Origin: Candidatus Dormiibacterota bacterium
Lineage (GTDB): Bacteria > Chloroflexota > Dormibacteria > Aeolococcales > Aeolococcaceae
Direction: 5' to 3'
DNA length: 64,000 bases
NCBI GenBank assembly: GCA_963709585.1
Contig: CAVPXI010000006.1
Coordinates: 160,001 to 224,000, forward strand
Of the stretch, positions 19,769 to 30,126 are shown piece by piece. How positions within the stretch are numbered: position 1 is the first letter of the stretch; every line of letters starts with the position of its first letter. A program made the translations under genes and the position numbers. Under the pieces are notes generated by a model that ran no database searches, was not told the origin of the DNA, and was given only the letters and a program-made list of their open reading frames with translations.

Positions 19769-19983
19769 GTCACGAGGCTACGTGGCGGCGCAGGACAGCT
19801 CGCGGACCAACATCAATTCAGGTCTGACGGTCCCGTTCCGGGGTCGTTACCACGCTGTGACGCTCTCGTGGACAGAGTGAGCGCGATGTCGCGACACAAT
19901 CGAGCTGCCGGTCGTGGGGGCTGACGTCGATGTGACAGGAGGTCATTGCCAGTGTTCAGGGGACAGCCGCTTCGTGACGTGAC

Positions 19984-21837
19984 ATGAGTGAGATGACGGT
20001 GGCGCGTCCGCCGGTTCTCATGACACGAGCACGCGCCCAGATCGACCGGTGGAGCGGTCCCCAGCGGCTCTTCGTCTTCTCGGTCTGTCTCGGCCTCGTC
20101 GGCGCGGCGCTGTGGTTGCTGCCTCTCCGCGACGTCCAGCGTGTGACGATCATCGGCGCGATCCCGTGGTGGGCCGAGCTGGCCACCTGCTACGTCACCA
20201 GCCTGCTGTTTGTCCAGGTGCACGTGCATCGAGAGGTGTCCACGCTCTCGCTGACAGAGATCCCGGTCGCGATGGGACTGTTCCTCATCGATCCCCATCA
20301 GCTGCTCGGCTGCTACGTGGTGGGCGTGCTGCTCGCGAGCTGGACGCGGCAGCGGCGGATCCGCTGGGTCAAGGATTTCGCCAACGCGACACTCGACGTT
20401 GTCTACATCGGGGTCGCCGTGCTCGTCTTCAATGCGGTGGGGCCGGTTCCGGGCGATCCGCTCGCGGTGCACAGCATCGTCGCGTTCGCGGCGGCGATGA
20501 TTGTGGCCGGCTGGCTCGTCTACCCCATCGCCCTCAACGCGGGCACCACGATCGCCCAGGGCCGGCTCAATGTTGGTGAAGTGGTGCGCGCGTACCTCTT
20601 CCAGGTCATCGCGACCACGTCGAATGCTTCGCTCGGGATCGTGGCGCTGATGATCCTGACGACGCGCCCAGTGCTCGCATTCGCCCTGGTGGCACCGGTG
20701 ATGCTCGTGCTCGCCGGACAGATCGCCGCGGGCGAGAGCCAGCGTCGTGCCGATCGCAATGAGTTCCTCTACCGCACCACCGAGATCCTGCACTCGACGC
20801 GTCAGGTCGGCGAGCGTGCCGGCGAGCTGTTGAACGGCATCACCAAGATGTTCGGCGTCGAGCGAGCCGAGCTCGTGGTCATCCCCGAGGTGCGCGGACC
20901 GGCGGTCCGTTTCAACTCCACCGGAGATGACGACCACGCGCGGGCCACCACATCCGATCTGACCTTCGCGGAGCAGGAGGTGCTCAACGAGTTGCGCACC
21001 ACGGCGATCCTCAGCGGCCCGGTGACCAGCGATCAGTCGCTCGGCCTTGCGCTTGCGGAACGCTCCGCGAGCGCCGGGACCGTGGTCGTGCTCCGCGGAC
21101 TCGAGGGCCCGCAGGGGATGCTGCTGCTGCTCAATCCGAGACGTGGCGTCACGCTCGGAGCCCACGAGCAGAGCCTGCTCAGCACCGTTGCCGGACTCAT
21201 CAGCGTGGCGCTCGAAAACGGACAGCTCGCCGAGGCCATCAAGGCGATGTCGGTCGAAAAGGCGGAGCTGGCACGCAGGGCGTTCTACGACCCGCTGACG
21301 CAGATCGCGAACCGGTCGCTGTTCATCGAGACGGTCACCACCTCGCTGGCGCAGCTGGCCAGCTCGCAGCGTCCGATTGCCGTGATGTTCATCGACCTCG
21401 ACGGTTTCAAGGAGATCAACGACACCTTCGGGCATGCCGTGGGCGATCGCGTGCTCAGCGCGGTGGCCGCGCGCCTGCGCGTACAGGTCCGCAAACTCGA
21501 CATGGCGGCGCGCATCGGCGGTGATGAGTTCGGCATGCTCCTCGACGGCATGCGCCACTTCAGCGACGCGGCCGTGGTCGCGGAGCGGATCATCGAAACG
21601 CTGCGGCGGCCGATCCCGATCGGCGATGCGATGGTGACCATCGGGGCGAGCGTCGGTGTCGCGGTCGTGGAGGATGCCGCGGATGTGCTCGATCCCGAAG
21701 AGCTGATGCGCCGCGCGGACATGGCGATGTACCTCGCCAAGCGACAGGGCAAGGATCGCTTCGTCGTGTTCGACGAAACGGCTCGGACCCCGGTGATCGC
21801 GAGAGTCCCCGAGCCGGCGCGGCTGGCCACGGGCTGA
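19984..21837 (+). CDS. Membrane diguanylate cyclase (multi-TM sensor + GAF-like + GGDEF)
   Basis: YDPLT, DLDGFKEINDTFGHAVGD, intact RIGGDEF, ADMAMYLAK. Confidence 0.93.
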   Translation: MSEMTVARPPVLMTRARAQIDRWSGPQRLFVFSVCLGLVGAALWLLPLRDVQRVTIIGAIPWWAELATCYVTSLLFVQVHVHREVSTLSLTEIPVAMGLFLIDPHQLLGCYVVGVLLASWTRQRRIRWVKDFANATLDVVYIGVAVLVFNAVGPVPGDPLAVHSIVAFAAAMIVAGWLVYPIALNAGTTIAQGRLNVGEVVRAYLFQVIATTSNASLGIVALMILTTRPVLAFALVAPVMLVLAGQIAAGESQRRADRNEFLYRTTEILHSTRQVGERAGELLNGITKMFGVERAELVVIPEVRGPAVRFNSTGDDDHARATTSDLTFAEQEVLNELRTTAILSGPVTSDQSLGLALAERSASAGTVVVLRGLEGPQGMLLLLNPRRGVTLGAHEQSLLSTVAGLISVALENGQLAEAIKAMSVEKAELARRAFYDPLTQIANRSLFIETVTTSLAQLASSQRPIAVMFIDLDGFKEINDTFGHAVGDRVLSAVAARLRVQVRKLDMAARIGGDEFGMLLDGMRHFSDAAVVAERIIETLRRPIPIGDAMVTIGASVGVAVVEDAADVLDPEELMRRADMAMYLAKRQGKDRFVVFDETARTPVIARVPEPARLATG

Positions 21838-21868
21838 GGCACAGGCCGGCTGCATCTACGATGGGCGG

Positions 21869-22663
21869 GTGACACCTCCACGCTGCCTGTCCATCGCCAC
21901 ATCGGATTCCGGTGGTGGCGCGGGGATTCAGGCGGACCTGAAAGCGTTCGCCGCCGCCGGCTGCCACGGGATGACCGCGATCGTCGGGGTCACGGCGCAG
22001 AACACCACGGCGGTCCTAGCGACGTACGCGCTGCCCGCGTGGGTCATCACCGCGCAACTCCAGGCCGTGTACGACGACATCGGTGTCGATGCGGCCAAGA
22101 CCGGCGCCCTGCTGTCGGCTGAGGTGATCGTCGCGGTCGCGGACTTTCTCGGGCGCCACCCCACAACGCTGGTCGTCGATCCAGTCCTCCGCGCCAGCAC
22201 CGGGGCGGCCTTGCTGGACCCCGAGGCGTTCGAGGTGCTGATCGGATCCCTGCTGCCGCTGGCGACGGTCGTGACTCCGAACCTCGTCGAGGCGCGTGCC
22301 CTCGCCGGCGCCGACGGCGATCGCCGGACGCTCGCCGAGCGGATCGTCGCTCGCGGAGCGCGCGCCGTGCTCATCACCGGTGGCGAGGGTGAGGGCTCAG
22401 ACCTGCTCTTCGACGGCGCCGAGCACCTCGAGATCCCCGTCGCGTGGGTGGCGGGGACGGCGACCCACGGGACCGGGTGCACGCACTCGGCGACGCTCGC
22501 CGCGGAGCTCGCCCTCGGCACACCGCTGGCCGACGCCGCCCGTAGCGCCGCCGCGGTCACCGCTGCGGCGATCGCTCAGGGGCTGGTGGGGATCGGTGCG
22601 GGCCGTGGACCGGTCGCCGTCGCTCAGGCCTCGGGGACCAGCCAGCGGGTGCGGACGAGGTAG
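21869..22663 (+). CDS. thiD: Hydroxymethylpyrimidine/phosphomethylpyrimidine kinase
   Basis: SDSGGGAGIQADLK, TAQNT, VTPNL.EA, HGTGCT. Confidence 0.93.
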   Translation: MTPPRCLSIATSDSGGGAGIQADLKAFAAAGCHGMTAIVGVTAQNTTAVLATYALPAWVITAQLQAVYDDIGVDAAKTGALLSAEVIVAVADFLGRHPTTLVVDPVLRASTGAALLDPEAFEVLIGSLLPLATVVTPNLVEARALAGADGDRRTLAERIVARGARAVLITGGEGEGSDLLFDGAEHLEIPVAWVAGTATHGTGCTHSATLAAELALGTPLADAARSAAAVTAAAIAQGLVGIGAGRGPVAVAQASGTSQRVRTR

Positions 22664-23346
22664 ACGAGCAGGCCGATTCCGACCAGGTCGACGAGGAGCA
22701 GGATGGGTCCGAGATTCAGCCCGTTACCGAACGCAAGGCCGTTCAGCGGCGTGAGGGCTTCGACGGGGGGGATCCGGGCCGCGTCGAGACCCTGACCCGA
22801 GTTGACTGCGGCCACCGCGTTCGCAAGCGGCGCGAACGGCGGCGGATCATCCGATGTCTGGGTATGGATTGCGCCGGTGGCGCCCGACGGGCCGGTGGCG
22901 CCGGTTGCATTCCCGCCGCTCGGGTGGCTGCCCGCTGAACCGCCAGAGGACGCGACCGGCGGTGAAGTCGGGGTGCTCGTCGGCCCTGGGGTTCCGGCCG
23001 GGGTCGGCATAGGCGTGGGCTTGGGCGCGGGCGCGGGCGGGGGTTTCGAGCCGCCGCCACCACCGTTGTTGCTACTGCTGGGCGGGCCCGACGACGGATT
23101 CGAAGCGGTGCACCACTTAGTCGGTTTGGGGCAGCAGGTCGCACTCGTGGTGAAGTAGACGCATGGCGTCGGTGATGGCGGCGTCGCCTTGAGGGTTCCC
23201 GTGACTAGGGGAGCCGGGTTGCCGGCCGCAGCCGCACCCGAAACCCCTGCAAGCACGAGCGCGAAAACGCCCGGAAGCAGCGCCATCGCCGCCCGGCCCC
23301 TCGGGCGCGGTGGTCGTGTCAGCTTGCTCAGTACGTTTGCATCCAT
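22624..23346 (-). CDS. Exported Cys/Pro/Thr-rich protein with C-terminal membrane anchor
   Basis: Signal-like TM, CVYFTTSATCCPKPTKWC, low-complexity linker, C-terminal TM plus RTR. Confidence 0.6.
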   Translation of the reverse strand: MDANVLSKLTRPPRPRGRAAMALLPGVFALVLAGVSGAAAAGNPAPLVTGTLKATPPSPTPCVYFTTSATCCPKPTKWCTASNPSSGPPSSSNNGGGGGSKPPPAPAPKPTPMPTPAGTPGPTSTPTSPPVASSGGSAGSHPSGGNATGATGPSGATGAIHTQTSDDPPPFAPLANAVAAVNSGQGLDAARIPPVEALTPLNGLAFGNGLNLGPILLLVDLVGIGLLVYLVRTRWLVPEA

Positions 23347-23472
23347 TGACGTGCTCCAACAGTGGTCTTAATACCTCCCATCCGAGATGGGAGTCGGCGT
23401 GTCGTCACGGTGCCGCGAGGCCCCGTTCACAGCGTTCACATCGGAGCGGGGCATCCGCATACGATTCGGCCG

Positions 23473-24216
23473 GTGTGCACGATCCTGCTGGCCTGGCGAT
23501 GCCTCCCCGGCGCGCCGGTCGTGCTCGCGGCGAATCGAGATGAGCTGATCGCCCGTCCGAGCGCGCCCCCCGGGATCCTGCAGGCGAGCCCGCTGATCCT
23601 CGGCGGCCGGGACCTGGTCGCCGGAGGCACCTGGCTCGCGGTGGCCGAGGACGGCAGGATCTGCGCCGTCACCAACCGGCACCCTGGCGACGGGCCGCCG
23701 GTCGCGCCCGACCCGTCGCGACGGTCGCGGGGAGAGATCCCGGTCATGCTGCTCACCGCCGATCCTGCCGACATCCCGGCTCGCCTCGCCGGCCTCGGGC
23801 CGGGGGTCTACAACCCGGTCAACGTGCTCTGGCTGGATGCGGATCGCGCGCTGGTCGCCCATGTCGACGACTCGGGGCCGGTGCGGGTCGTCGACCTCGC
23901 CCCAGGCCCGCACGTGCTCACCACCCGCGATGTCGACGACGCGACCGATCCCAAGGTCGCGATGCTGTCCGCTGGAGTGGATCGCGCGCTGGCTGCAGGC
24001 GGCGATGCTGACGGCATCTTGAAGGGGTTGCGCGCGATCCTCGCCGACCACACGTCGGCGACCGATTCGCCGGTCGATGCGGCGTGCATCCACGGCGATG
24101 TCTACGGGACGGTGTCGGCGTCGACGGTGATTGCCGGAGCCAACCGCATCACCTATGAGCACGCACCGGGTCGTCCCTGCGTCACACCCTTTGCGACGGT
24201 GACGGCGCCCTTCTAG
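23473..24216 (+). CDS. NRDE/TANGO2 family protein
   Basis: MCTI...AANRDE, GRDLVAGGTWL, YGTVSAS. Confidence 0.92.
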   Translation: MCTILLAWRCLPGAPVVLAANRDELIARPSAPPGILQASPLILGGRDLVAGGTWLAVAEDGRICAVTNRHPGDGPPVAPDPSRRSRGEIPVMLLTADPADIPARLAGLGPGVYNPVNVLWLDADRALVAHVDDSGPVRVVDLAPGPHVLTTRDVDDATDPKVAMLSAGVDRALAAGGDADGILKGLRAILADHTSATDSPVDAACIHGDVYGTVSASTVIAGANRITYEHAPGRPCVTPFATVTAPF

Positions 24217-25873
24217 TGACTGCCGTGGGACGCGAGGATCGTCTTGATGAGCAAGCTGACCATCGCGATGATCGCGTAGCCGCGCACCGTCCAGAGTGCA
24301 ATCAGGCGACCGCGCGACTTGACGGGTTGGGTGAGCAGGGCGAGTGATGGCATCCGCCAGGTCTCACGGTCCTCGAGCATTCGCGGATCCGGCGGCATCG
24401 CTCGCCGAGCTCGAAGGTTGATGGCGATGGCGATCACCAGTCCGACCACCATGAGGGCCGCGAGCACCAGGAACAGTCGCGCGACGTCGATGTTCGGGAG
24501 GATCGTCGATACCACGAGGATGACCGAGAGGATCAGGAGCACGCCCAGGATCAGCGAGGCGAGCAGGTTGAACCACGTCTTGTTGACCCAGGGACCGAGC
24601 ACGTCTCGGTCGTTGCACAGGAACAGAAGGAAGAGGCACGCGCTCGGAAGCATGACGCCCGCCAGAGCCTGCACCGCGGTGGTGACCAGACCGAGCGGCA
24701 CACCGGGGAGGAGGACGAACACAGCCGCCAGCACCACGAGCCCGTGAACATCGCGTAGAACAGCCTGGCTTCGCGCCACGACCTGTGCAGCGAATTGCGG
24801 ATCCCGAAGGTGTCGCCGAACGCGTACGACGTCGAGAGCGTCACAGCGCTCGCACCGACGATCGACGCGTCGATCAGCAGGATCGAGAAGATCGCGCCCA
24901 CCGCCGGGCCCACATGATCCTTGAGGCTCCTGGCGAGTTCGTATGCGTTGCTGAAGGCATTGACATTCCCAGCCCCCATACCGCTGCGACTGAACGCGAA
25001 CGCGGTGGCGATCATGATCGCGGACGCGCCGATGACGACGACCAGCGCGCCGATCACTGTGTCTGCACGCTCGTACGGAATCCATCGTGGTGTGATGCGC
25101 TTGTCGACGACGTTCGATTGCTGGAAGAACAGCTGCCACGGCGTGATCGTGGTTCCCACGATGGCGACGATGAGGAGCACGCCATCGGATTTGAAGCCAC
25201 CCTGCACACCGGGGACGATGAAGTGCTGCACGACCGGACCCAGCGTCGGATGACAGAGCAGCATCAACGGGATGCACAGCAGGTTGCCGAAGAGGATCAC
25301 GAACATCAGCCGTTCCCACGTCTCGAAGCGTCCGGTGACCGTGATGCCGACAAGGAGCAGGCCGGCGAGCGGGACCGCGACCCAGGCGGGAACCCCGAAG
25401 TACTGAGCGCCCAGCGATATGCCGATGAACTCCGTGGCGATCGTGAGGAAGTTGAGCACGAAGAGATCGCTAACGGCGAAGCGACCCCAGATCTTGCCGA
25501 AACGCTCGAAGATGAGCCGGCCATGCCCGACGCCGGAGACAGCACCGAGGCGAACCACCATCTCCTGGTTGACGACGAGCACCGGGATGAGCAGCAGCAA
25601 CGTCCAGAGTAGGCTCGTGCCGTAGTCCTGTCCGGCTGCCGCGTACGTCGAAACGCCGCCTGCGTCGTTGTCCCCGACCATCACGATGAGACCGGGACCG
25701 ACGATCACGGCGAGCGCGAGGAGCCTGCGACGCCACGAGCGCGCACCGGACGGGTCGTGCTCTCCGATGGTCCCGAAGGCGCCGCGGATGTCGCCGTGAT
25801 GTGCGTCGTCCAGTATCACCTTCGGACGGCGCGCCACCTTGGCGGCCGCCTTGCGAGCCTTCTCCTGCGCCAA
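24213..25873 (-). CDS. NRAMP-related divalent metal (likely Mg2+) transporter, frameshift near 24742
   Basis: GPGLIVMVGDNDAGGVSTY, QEMVVRLG, GTTITPWQLFFQQ; C-terminus continues in 24213..25319 frame. Confidence 0.88.
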
Positions 25874-25877
25874 TTCG

Positions 25878-26004
25878 GACCTCCCACCGTCGATGACGGC
25901 AAGACTGAGCGGGCCTGTCCGCTCAGGAGGTCACGAGTGCTTCGCTACCTCGACGCGGGCCGGCCCGTGCGTTGCCGGGACTGGGGACTGTCGCCGCCGT
26001 CCAT
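25878..26004 (-). promoter_or_regulatory. Putative attenuator: 19-aa uORF plus SD-sequestering structure
   Basis: uORF 26004-25945 MDGGDSPQSRQRTGRPASR*; GACCTCC (25932-25926) pairs with SD GGAGGTC (25884-25878), enclosing two hairpins. Confidence 0.6.
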
Positions 26005-26081
26005 GTACTAGTGGATACACCCCAAAAATGTGGTTGCCGTGCCCGAAGTGTACAACCCGCGCATGACCCGAAGGCCAGGGG

Positions 26082-27350
26082 TCAGTCTCCGTCGGCCTCG
26101 GCGCGACGCCGCCACGCGTTGGGCAGCATCGCCCCGAGCACATCATCGACGGTGATGACGCCGATGACCCGATTGTCGTCGTCGAGCACGGCGACGACCG
26201 TGAGGTTGAAGTCGGCCATGCGTCGCGCCACCTCTGGGAAATCATCGTCGACGCTCACCGACGCATTGCTGTGCTCGACAAGCTCCGAGATCCGCATCGT
26301 GCCATCGGCGCGGAGTAACTCGATGAGCGCAACCGAACCTGCGAGGTGTCCGTCGTCGAGCAGGAAGACATCGGCGACGACCTGCGGCAGCACGTCGGCG
26401 GCGCGCACCGCCGCGAGCGCGTCCGACACGCTTGCATCGGGGGCGACCGACACGAAGTCGGGGCTCATCAGTCCGCCCGCGCTGCTCTGTCCATAGCTGA
26501 GCAGCGCGCGCACCTTCGCCTGCTGCGACGGCGGGAGCAGCGACAGGATCGGCGCACGTCGCGGCTGATCGAGCTCGGTGACCAGGTCGGCGGCGTCGTC
26601 GGGACCCATCTCCGCCAGCACCGCGGCCGCTTCCGCGTCGGACTTGTCGCGAAGAAACTCCACCTGGTGCTCGGTGTTGAGCTCCTCGAACACATCGGCC
26701 TCGAGTTCGGGATCGCCGTGCACGGCCGAGATGATCTCTTCACCCTCGTCATGGGACGCGGCTTCGACGAGGTCTGCGATCTGCGCGGGGTGCAGGCGGC
26801 GCAGACGCCGAAGTGGCATGAGCAACCGCGACGTGGGCACGTGGCCGACGAAGGGCTCGACCGCCGCCCAGTCGACGAATCCCTGATTCTCGACGCGACC
26901 ACCGAGGAACCGGGCGCGCAGACCACGGGCGCGGGTGTCGACGCCGGCGACCACCCATCTCGAGTTCTCGTAGCCGAGCTCGATGTCGTGGGCGACCACA
27001 AGCCGGCCGGCATCCACCGCGATCAGCCGGCGGCCGAGCACGTCGTCACCGAGCAGGACCTCGCCCTGGCGTCGCTCGAAGTGGGCAAGGTTGAGGTCTT
27101 CCCCCGCGAGCTGGACGCTGCCCGGTCGCATCGCGGCGATCCGGTCGCGAGGGATGAACAACTTGCGCCCCGCGATGCGCCCGACGAGACCGGTCACCGG
27201 CGGGTAGCCGCCCTCCGCGAATCGTGCGATGACGTCGTCCACCCGGCCGAGCCGGCCACCCGCTCGATCGACAAGTGGGCGGTGCAGGATTCCCGTAAGT
27301 GCCAGCCGGACCGTTTCGGTGGCTGGCTCCCCGGCGTCTGAGGTCGACAT
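26082..27350 (-). CDS. Soluble MgtE N-terminal/CBS domain protein (PRC-barrel-like N-terminus, no TM domain)
   Basis: LHPAQIADLVE, MGPDDAADL, SAGGLM, GVITVDDV. Confidence 0.9.
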   Translation of the reverse strand: MSTSDAGEPATETVRLALTGILHRPLVDRAGGRLGRVDDVIARFAEGGYPPVTGLVGRIAGRKLFIPRDRIAAMRPGSVQLAGEDLNLAHFERRQGEVLLGDDVLGRRLIAVDAGRLVVAHDIELGYENSRWVVAGVDTRARGLRARFLGGRVENQGFVDWAAVEPFVGHVPTSRLLMPLRRLRRLHPAQIADLVEAASHDEGEEIISAVHGDPELEADVFEELNTEHQVEFLRDKSDAEAAAVLAEMGPDDAADLVTELDQPRRAPILSLLPPSQQAKVRALLSYGQSSAGGLMSPDFVSVAPDASVSDALAAVRAADVLPQVVADVFLLDDGHLAGSVALIELLRADGTMRISELVEHSNASVSVDDDFPEVARRMADFNLTVVAVLDDDNRVIGVITVDDVLGAMLPNAWRRRAEADGD

Positions 27351-27553
27351 ACCGCGCTCAGTCTGCCATGTCGCGAGCCGCCCCGTCTGTCCGCGCGATG
27401 TCCGGACCCGCCGACGATGCTTCCAGGGTGTCTGTGTCCGCCTGGCTGGCCCGCCACCCTGCCCCCGTCACCCCTACACTGGCTGAGGCCGCCCGCGGGC
27501 ACGGACCATTCCGTTCCCTCACGAGGCCTGGCCGGGAGGGATGTTTCGTGGGG

Positions 27554-28153
27554 GTGACCGACGCTCCGTGGACGCTGGGCGTGTGCGCCCCGGACCGCAG
27601 CCGCGCCATTCTCGTTGTGACCGTGGACGGCGAACTCGCCGTGGCGGTGCGCGACGTCGTGCCCCGAGGCATGGCCGTGGTTCGCGACGCTCGTGCCGAG
27701 GACGCCGGCGATATCGCCGCAGCCTGCCTGCCCTGGCCCTGGATGGTGATCGGCAACGCGGTCTCGCTGACACCCGCCCTGGCCACCGTCCTGCGCGAAC
27801 GGCCGGTGCTCACCTACTGGCTCGGCAGGGCGCCGGCCGGGCTGCCGGAACACGCGCGCTGCTTCGACCGGCCTGCCGTGCTGCTCGACGTCGTCCGAGG
27901 TGCGTTCGCCGCGAACGTCGGCGGGATGCACCTCGCGCCGGGAAGCGGTGTCGAGCTCGGCGACGGCACGCTGCTTCGCGGTGCGGCGCTCGAGTCGCTG
28001 GTAGCGGCGTACCCGGGCGGATTCGCCCTGCCCGCGCGCAACTTCCGGGCGGTCGCCGATGCGCTCGCCAGGCATGACGCCGGGTGGGCCACCGAGCGTG
28101 ACCACAACGATCGCATGACACTGGTCCCGTCGGCTGTTGCGGTGCGGCGGTGA
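27554..28153 (+). CDS. Hypothetical protein, pseudo-receiver plus compact wHTH-like domain
   Basis: AILVVTVDGELAVAVRDVV receiver-like beta1-alpha1 without catalytic residues; start uncertain (27368-27554). Confidence 0.5.
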   Translation: MTDAPWTLGVCAPDRSRAILVVTVDGELAVAVRDVVPRGMAVVRDARAEDAGDIAAACLPWPWMVIGNAVSLTPALATVLRERPVLTYWLGRAPAGLPEHARCFDRPAVLLDVVRGAFAANVGGMHLAPGSGVELGDGTLLRGAALESLVAAYPGGFALPARNFRAVADALARHDAGWATERDHNDRMTLVPSAVAVRR

Positions 28154-28818
28154 GAGCCAACCCGGAGGTCCTGATCCTCGAGGACGACGCCGAGACGCTC
28201 GATGAGCTGCAGAGTCACTTCACCCGCAAGCTGTTCCACCCGCTCGGCGCGCGCAGCGCGTCGCGTGCGCTCTCCTTGCTCGAACACAACCGATACTCGA
28301 GCAGACCGGTGCTCGCGATCATCGACTGGGATCTCGGCAAGGCTCCCGACCGCAGCGCGAGCAGTGGCGACGTCCTGTCGCGACTCGCCCGCGAGCTTCG
28401 CGAGTGCCCGGTGATCGTGTACTCCCAGAACATCGACGCGTTCAACGTCCGGAGCCAGATCCAGCGCTCGCATCCCCGCGCCCTGCTCCATGACAAACGC
28501 GACGGTGACGCGTCATTGCTCGAGCGCATCGACAGGATGCTCGACCGCACCGTCGGCGACCTCCGCATTCACGACGGGACCGTGGTCGTGCATCTCCCGA
28601 CCCGCGATCAACACCACCACCGCGAAGCGATCCGGCTGGTGGTGCACCACCCCGACATCGTGACCTTCCATTCCGACACCGCGACCAAGGCGGTGCGCCG
28701 CTTCGGTGAATGGCTGCACAGCCACGGCTCGGCGGTCCGGCTCGTCAGTCACGGCAACCGTAAATACCGCCTCAACGTGACCCCGACCGAGGGAGCCGCT
28801 CCCGACATCGAAGCGTGA
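28150..28818 (+). CDS. Response regulator (intact receiver plus short wHTH-like output)
   Basis: LILEDD, AIIDWDL, VYS, HDK conserved receiver residues. Confidence 0.8.
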   Translation: MRANPEVLILEDDAETLDELQSHFTRKLFHPLGARSASRALSLLEHNRYSSRPVLAIIDWDLGKAPDRSASSGDVLSRLARELRECPVIVYSQNIDAFNVRSQIQRSHPRALLHDKRDGDASLLERIDRMLDRTVGDLRIHDGTVVVHLPTRDQHHHREAIRLVVHHPDIVTFHSDTATKAVRRFGEWLHSHGSAVRLVSHGNRKYRLNVTPTEGAAPDIEA

Positions 28819-30126
28819 ATCTCAGCCTGGCCGAGATCGCCGAGCTGCCGCTGGCCGCGGCCCTGGTCGACGCCGCTGGAGCGGTGATCGCGCGCACCCC
28901 GGAGTGGGACGGGCCGGGGCCGGGCGCGGTCTCGTACCCGGTGCGCAGCGTGCGCCTGGTGGTTCGGACCCAGCCCGCGTCCCCTCAGTGCGATGAGCTG
29001 CTCAGCCGCCTGCTCGACTCGATCGAACTCGGCGGCCCTCGCGCTCAGCGGCGCCCAGGCACAGCGCGTACGCATGCTCGGAGGATCCCTGCGACTCGTT
29101 GCGGGTCGTGAGCCCGGTGGGTGCGGGAGCACCGATGACGTCATCGAGCTGGCCCGCGCGGGGATCACCGCTCGCACCGGCCTTCGCGTCGATGCGAGCA
29201 CCGGACCCGCCCGTCCGGTGCTCGGTCCCGAGGTCGCCGCGTTGGTGCTCGTCCAGTTCGCGGTCAACGCGGAGCGTCATGACGGGGCGACCGCCGTCCG
29301 GATCGAGGTCGACCGCACGACCTTCCGTGTCGTCTGGCACCACGCCGGGCTGGCGCCGCGGATCGCGACGGCGCGGCGCAGGGCCAACCGCGAGCGGTGG
29401 GGCCTCGGCTTCGCGCGGATCGCGGCCGACGCGATCGGGGGCACGGTCTACCCGCCCAGGGCCACCGGTGACGAGTTCCTGGCCGCGACCCTCGAGCTCG
29501 GCGTTCGCCGCCTGGCGCTGCCCCTCGCGGCCGTCCGAGCGGGTCTGGTCTGCCGTGCCACGCGATCCTGGGACGAGGAGACCGGGCTGGCACCGGGCAG
29601 CGCGACCGGACCGGGGTCGAAGCTCGCGACCATCCAGGCAGCGGCATGCTCGGTGCCGGGACGGATCGTCGCCGATGCCGGCTTCAGCGCACGCGCCGGC
29701 CTCGGCGCGCTCTGGGTGGCTGTGCCGCCAGACGACTCCGCGGTGCGGGCCCGCGAGGTGGTCACCGGCCTGACCCACGAGCGGGCGCTCTCCGAGCACA
29801 TCGACGAGCCCGCTCGGTCGACCATCGGCGGCCTGGCTTTGCTGCTTGCAACCTTGCTGGGTGAACCGATGCCGCGGCTTCCGCTCGCCGCCTGGACGCG
29901 ACGGATGCTCGAGCTGGGTCCGGCGTTTGGAATCGGCGGCGCGATTCCCGAATTCGACGGCGTCGGCGCGATCGACCCGCAGGTCGTCGCCCTGCTTGCG
30001 GCGTCGAGTGACGGATTCGAGGTCGACGGCGACCGCCTCTGGCTCCGGGTCCGCGAGCGGTGCCGCGAAGACGCTGCGGTACGGGTGCTGCTCAGGCCAG
30101 GTGAGAGTCGGATCCTGCTGGGCTGA
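28815..30126 (+). CDS. Degenerate sensor-kinase-like protein, frameshift near 29026
   Basis: PAS-like start LPLAAALVDAAG.VIART..W; N-box-like LVQFAVNAERH; G2-like WGLGFAR..ADAIGG. Confidence 0.55.

Noticed and set aside
19870-19925. Tiny ORF MSRHNRAAGRGG upstream of the diguanylate cyclase as a signal peptide gene
   Set aside because: No SD or signal features; indistinguishable from chance.
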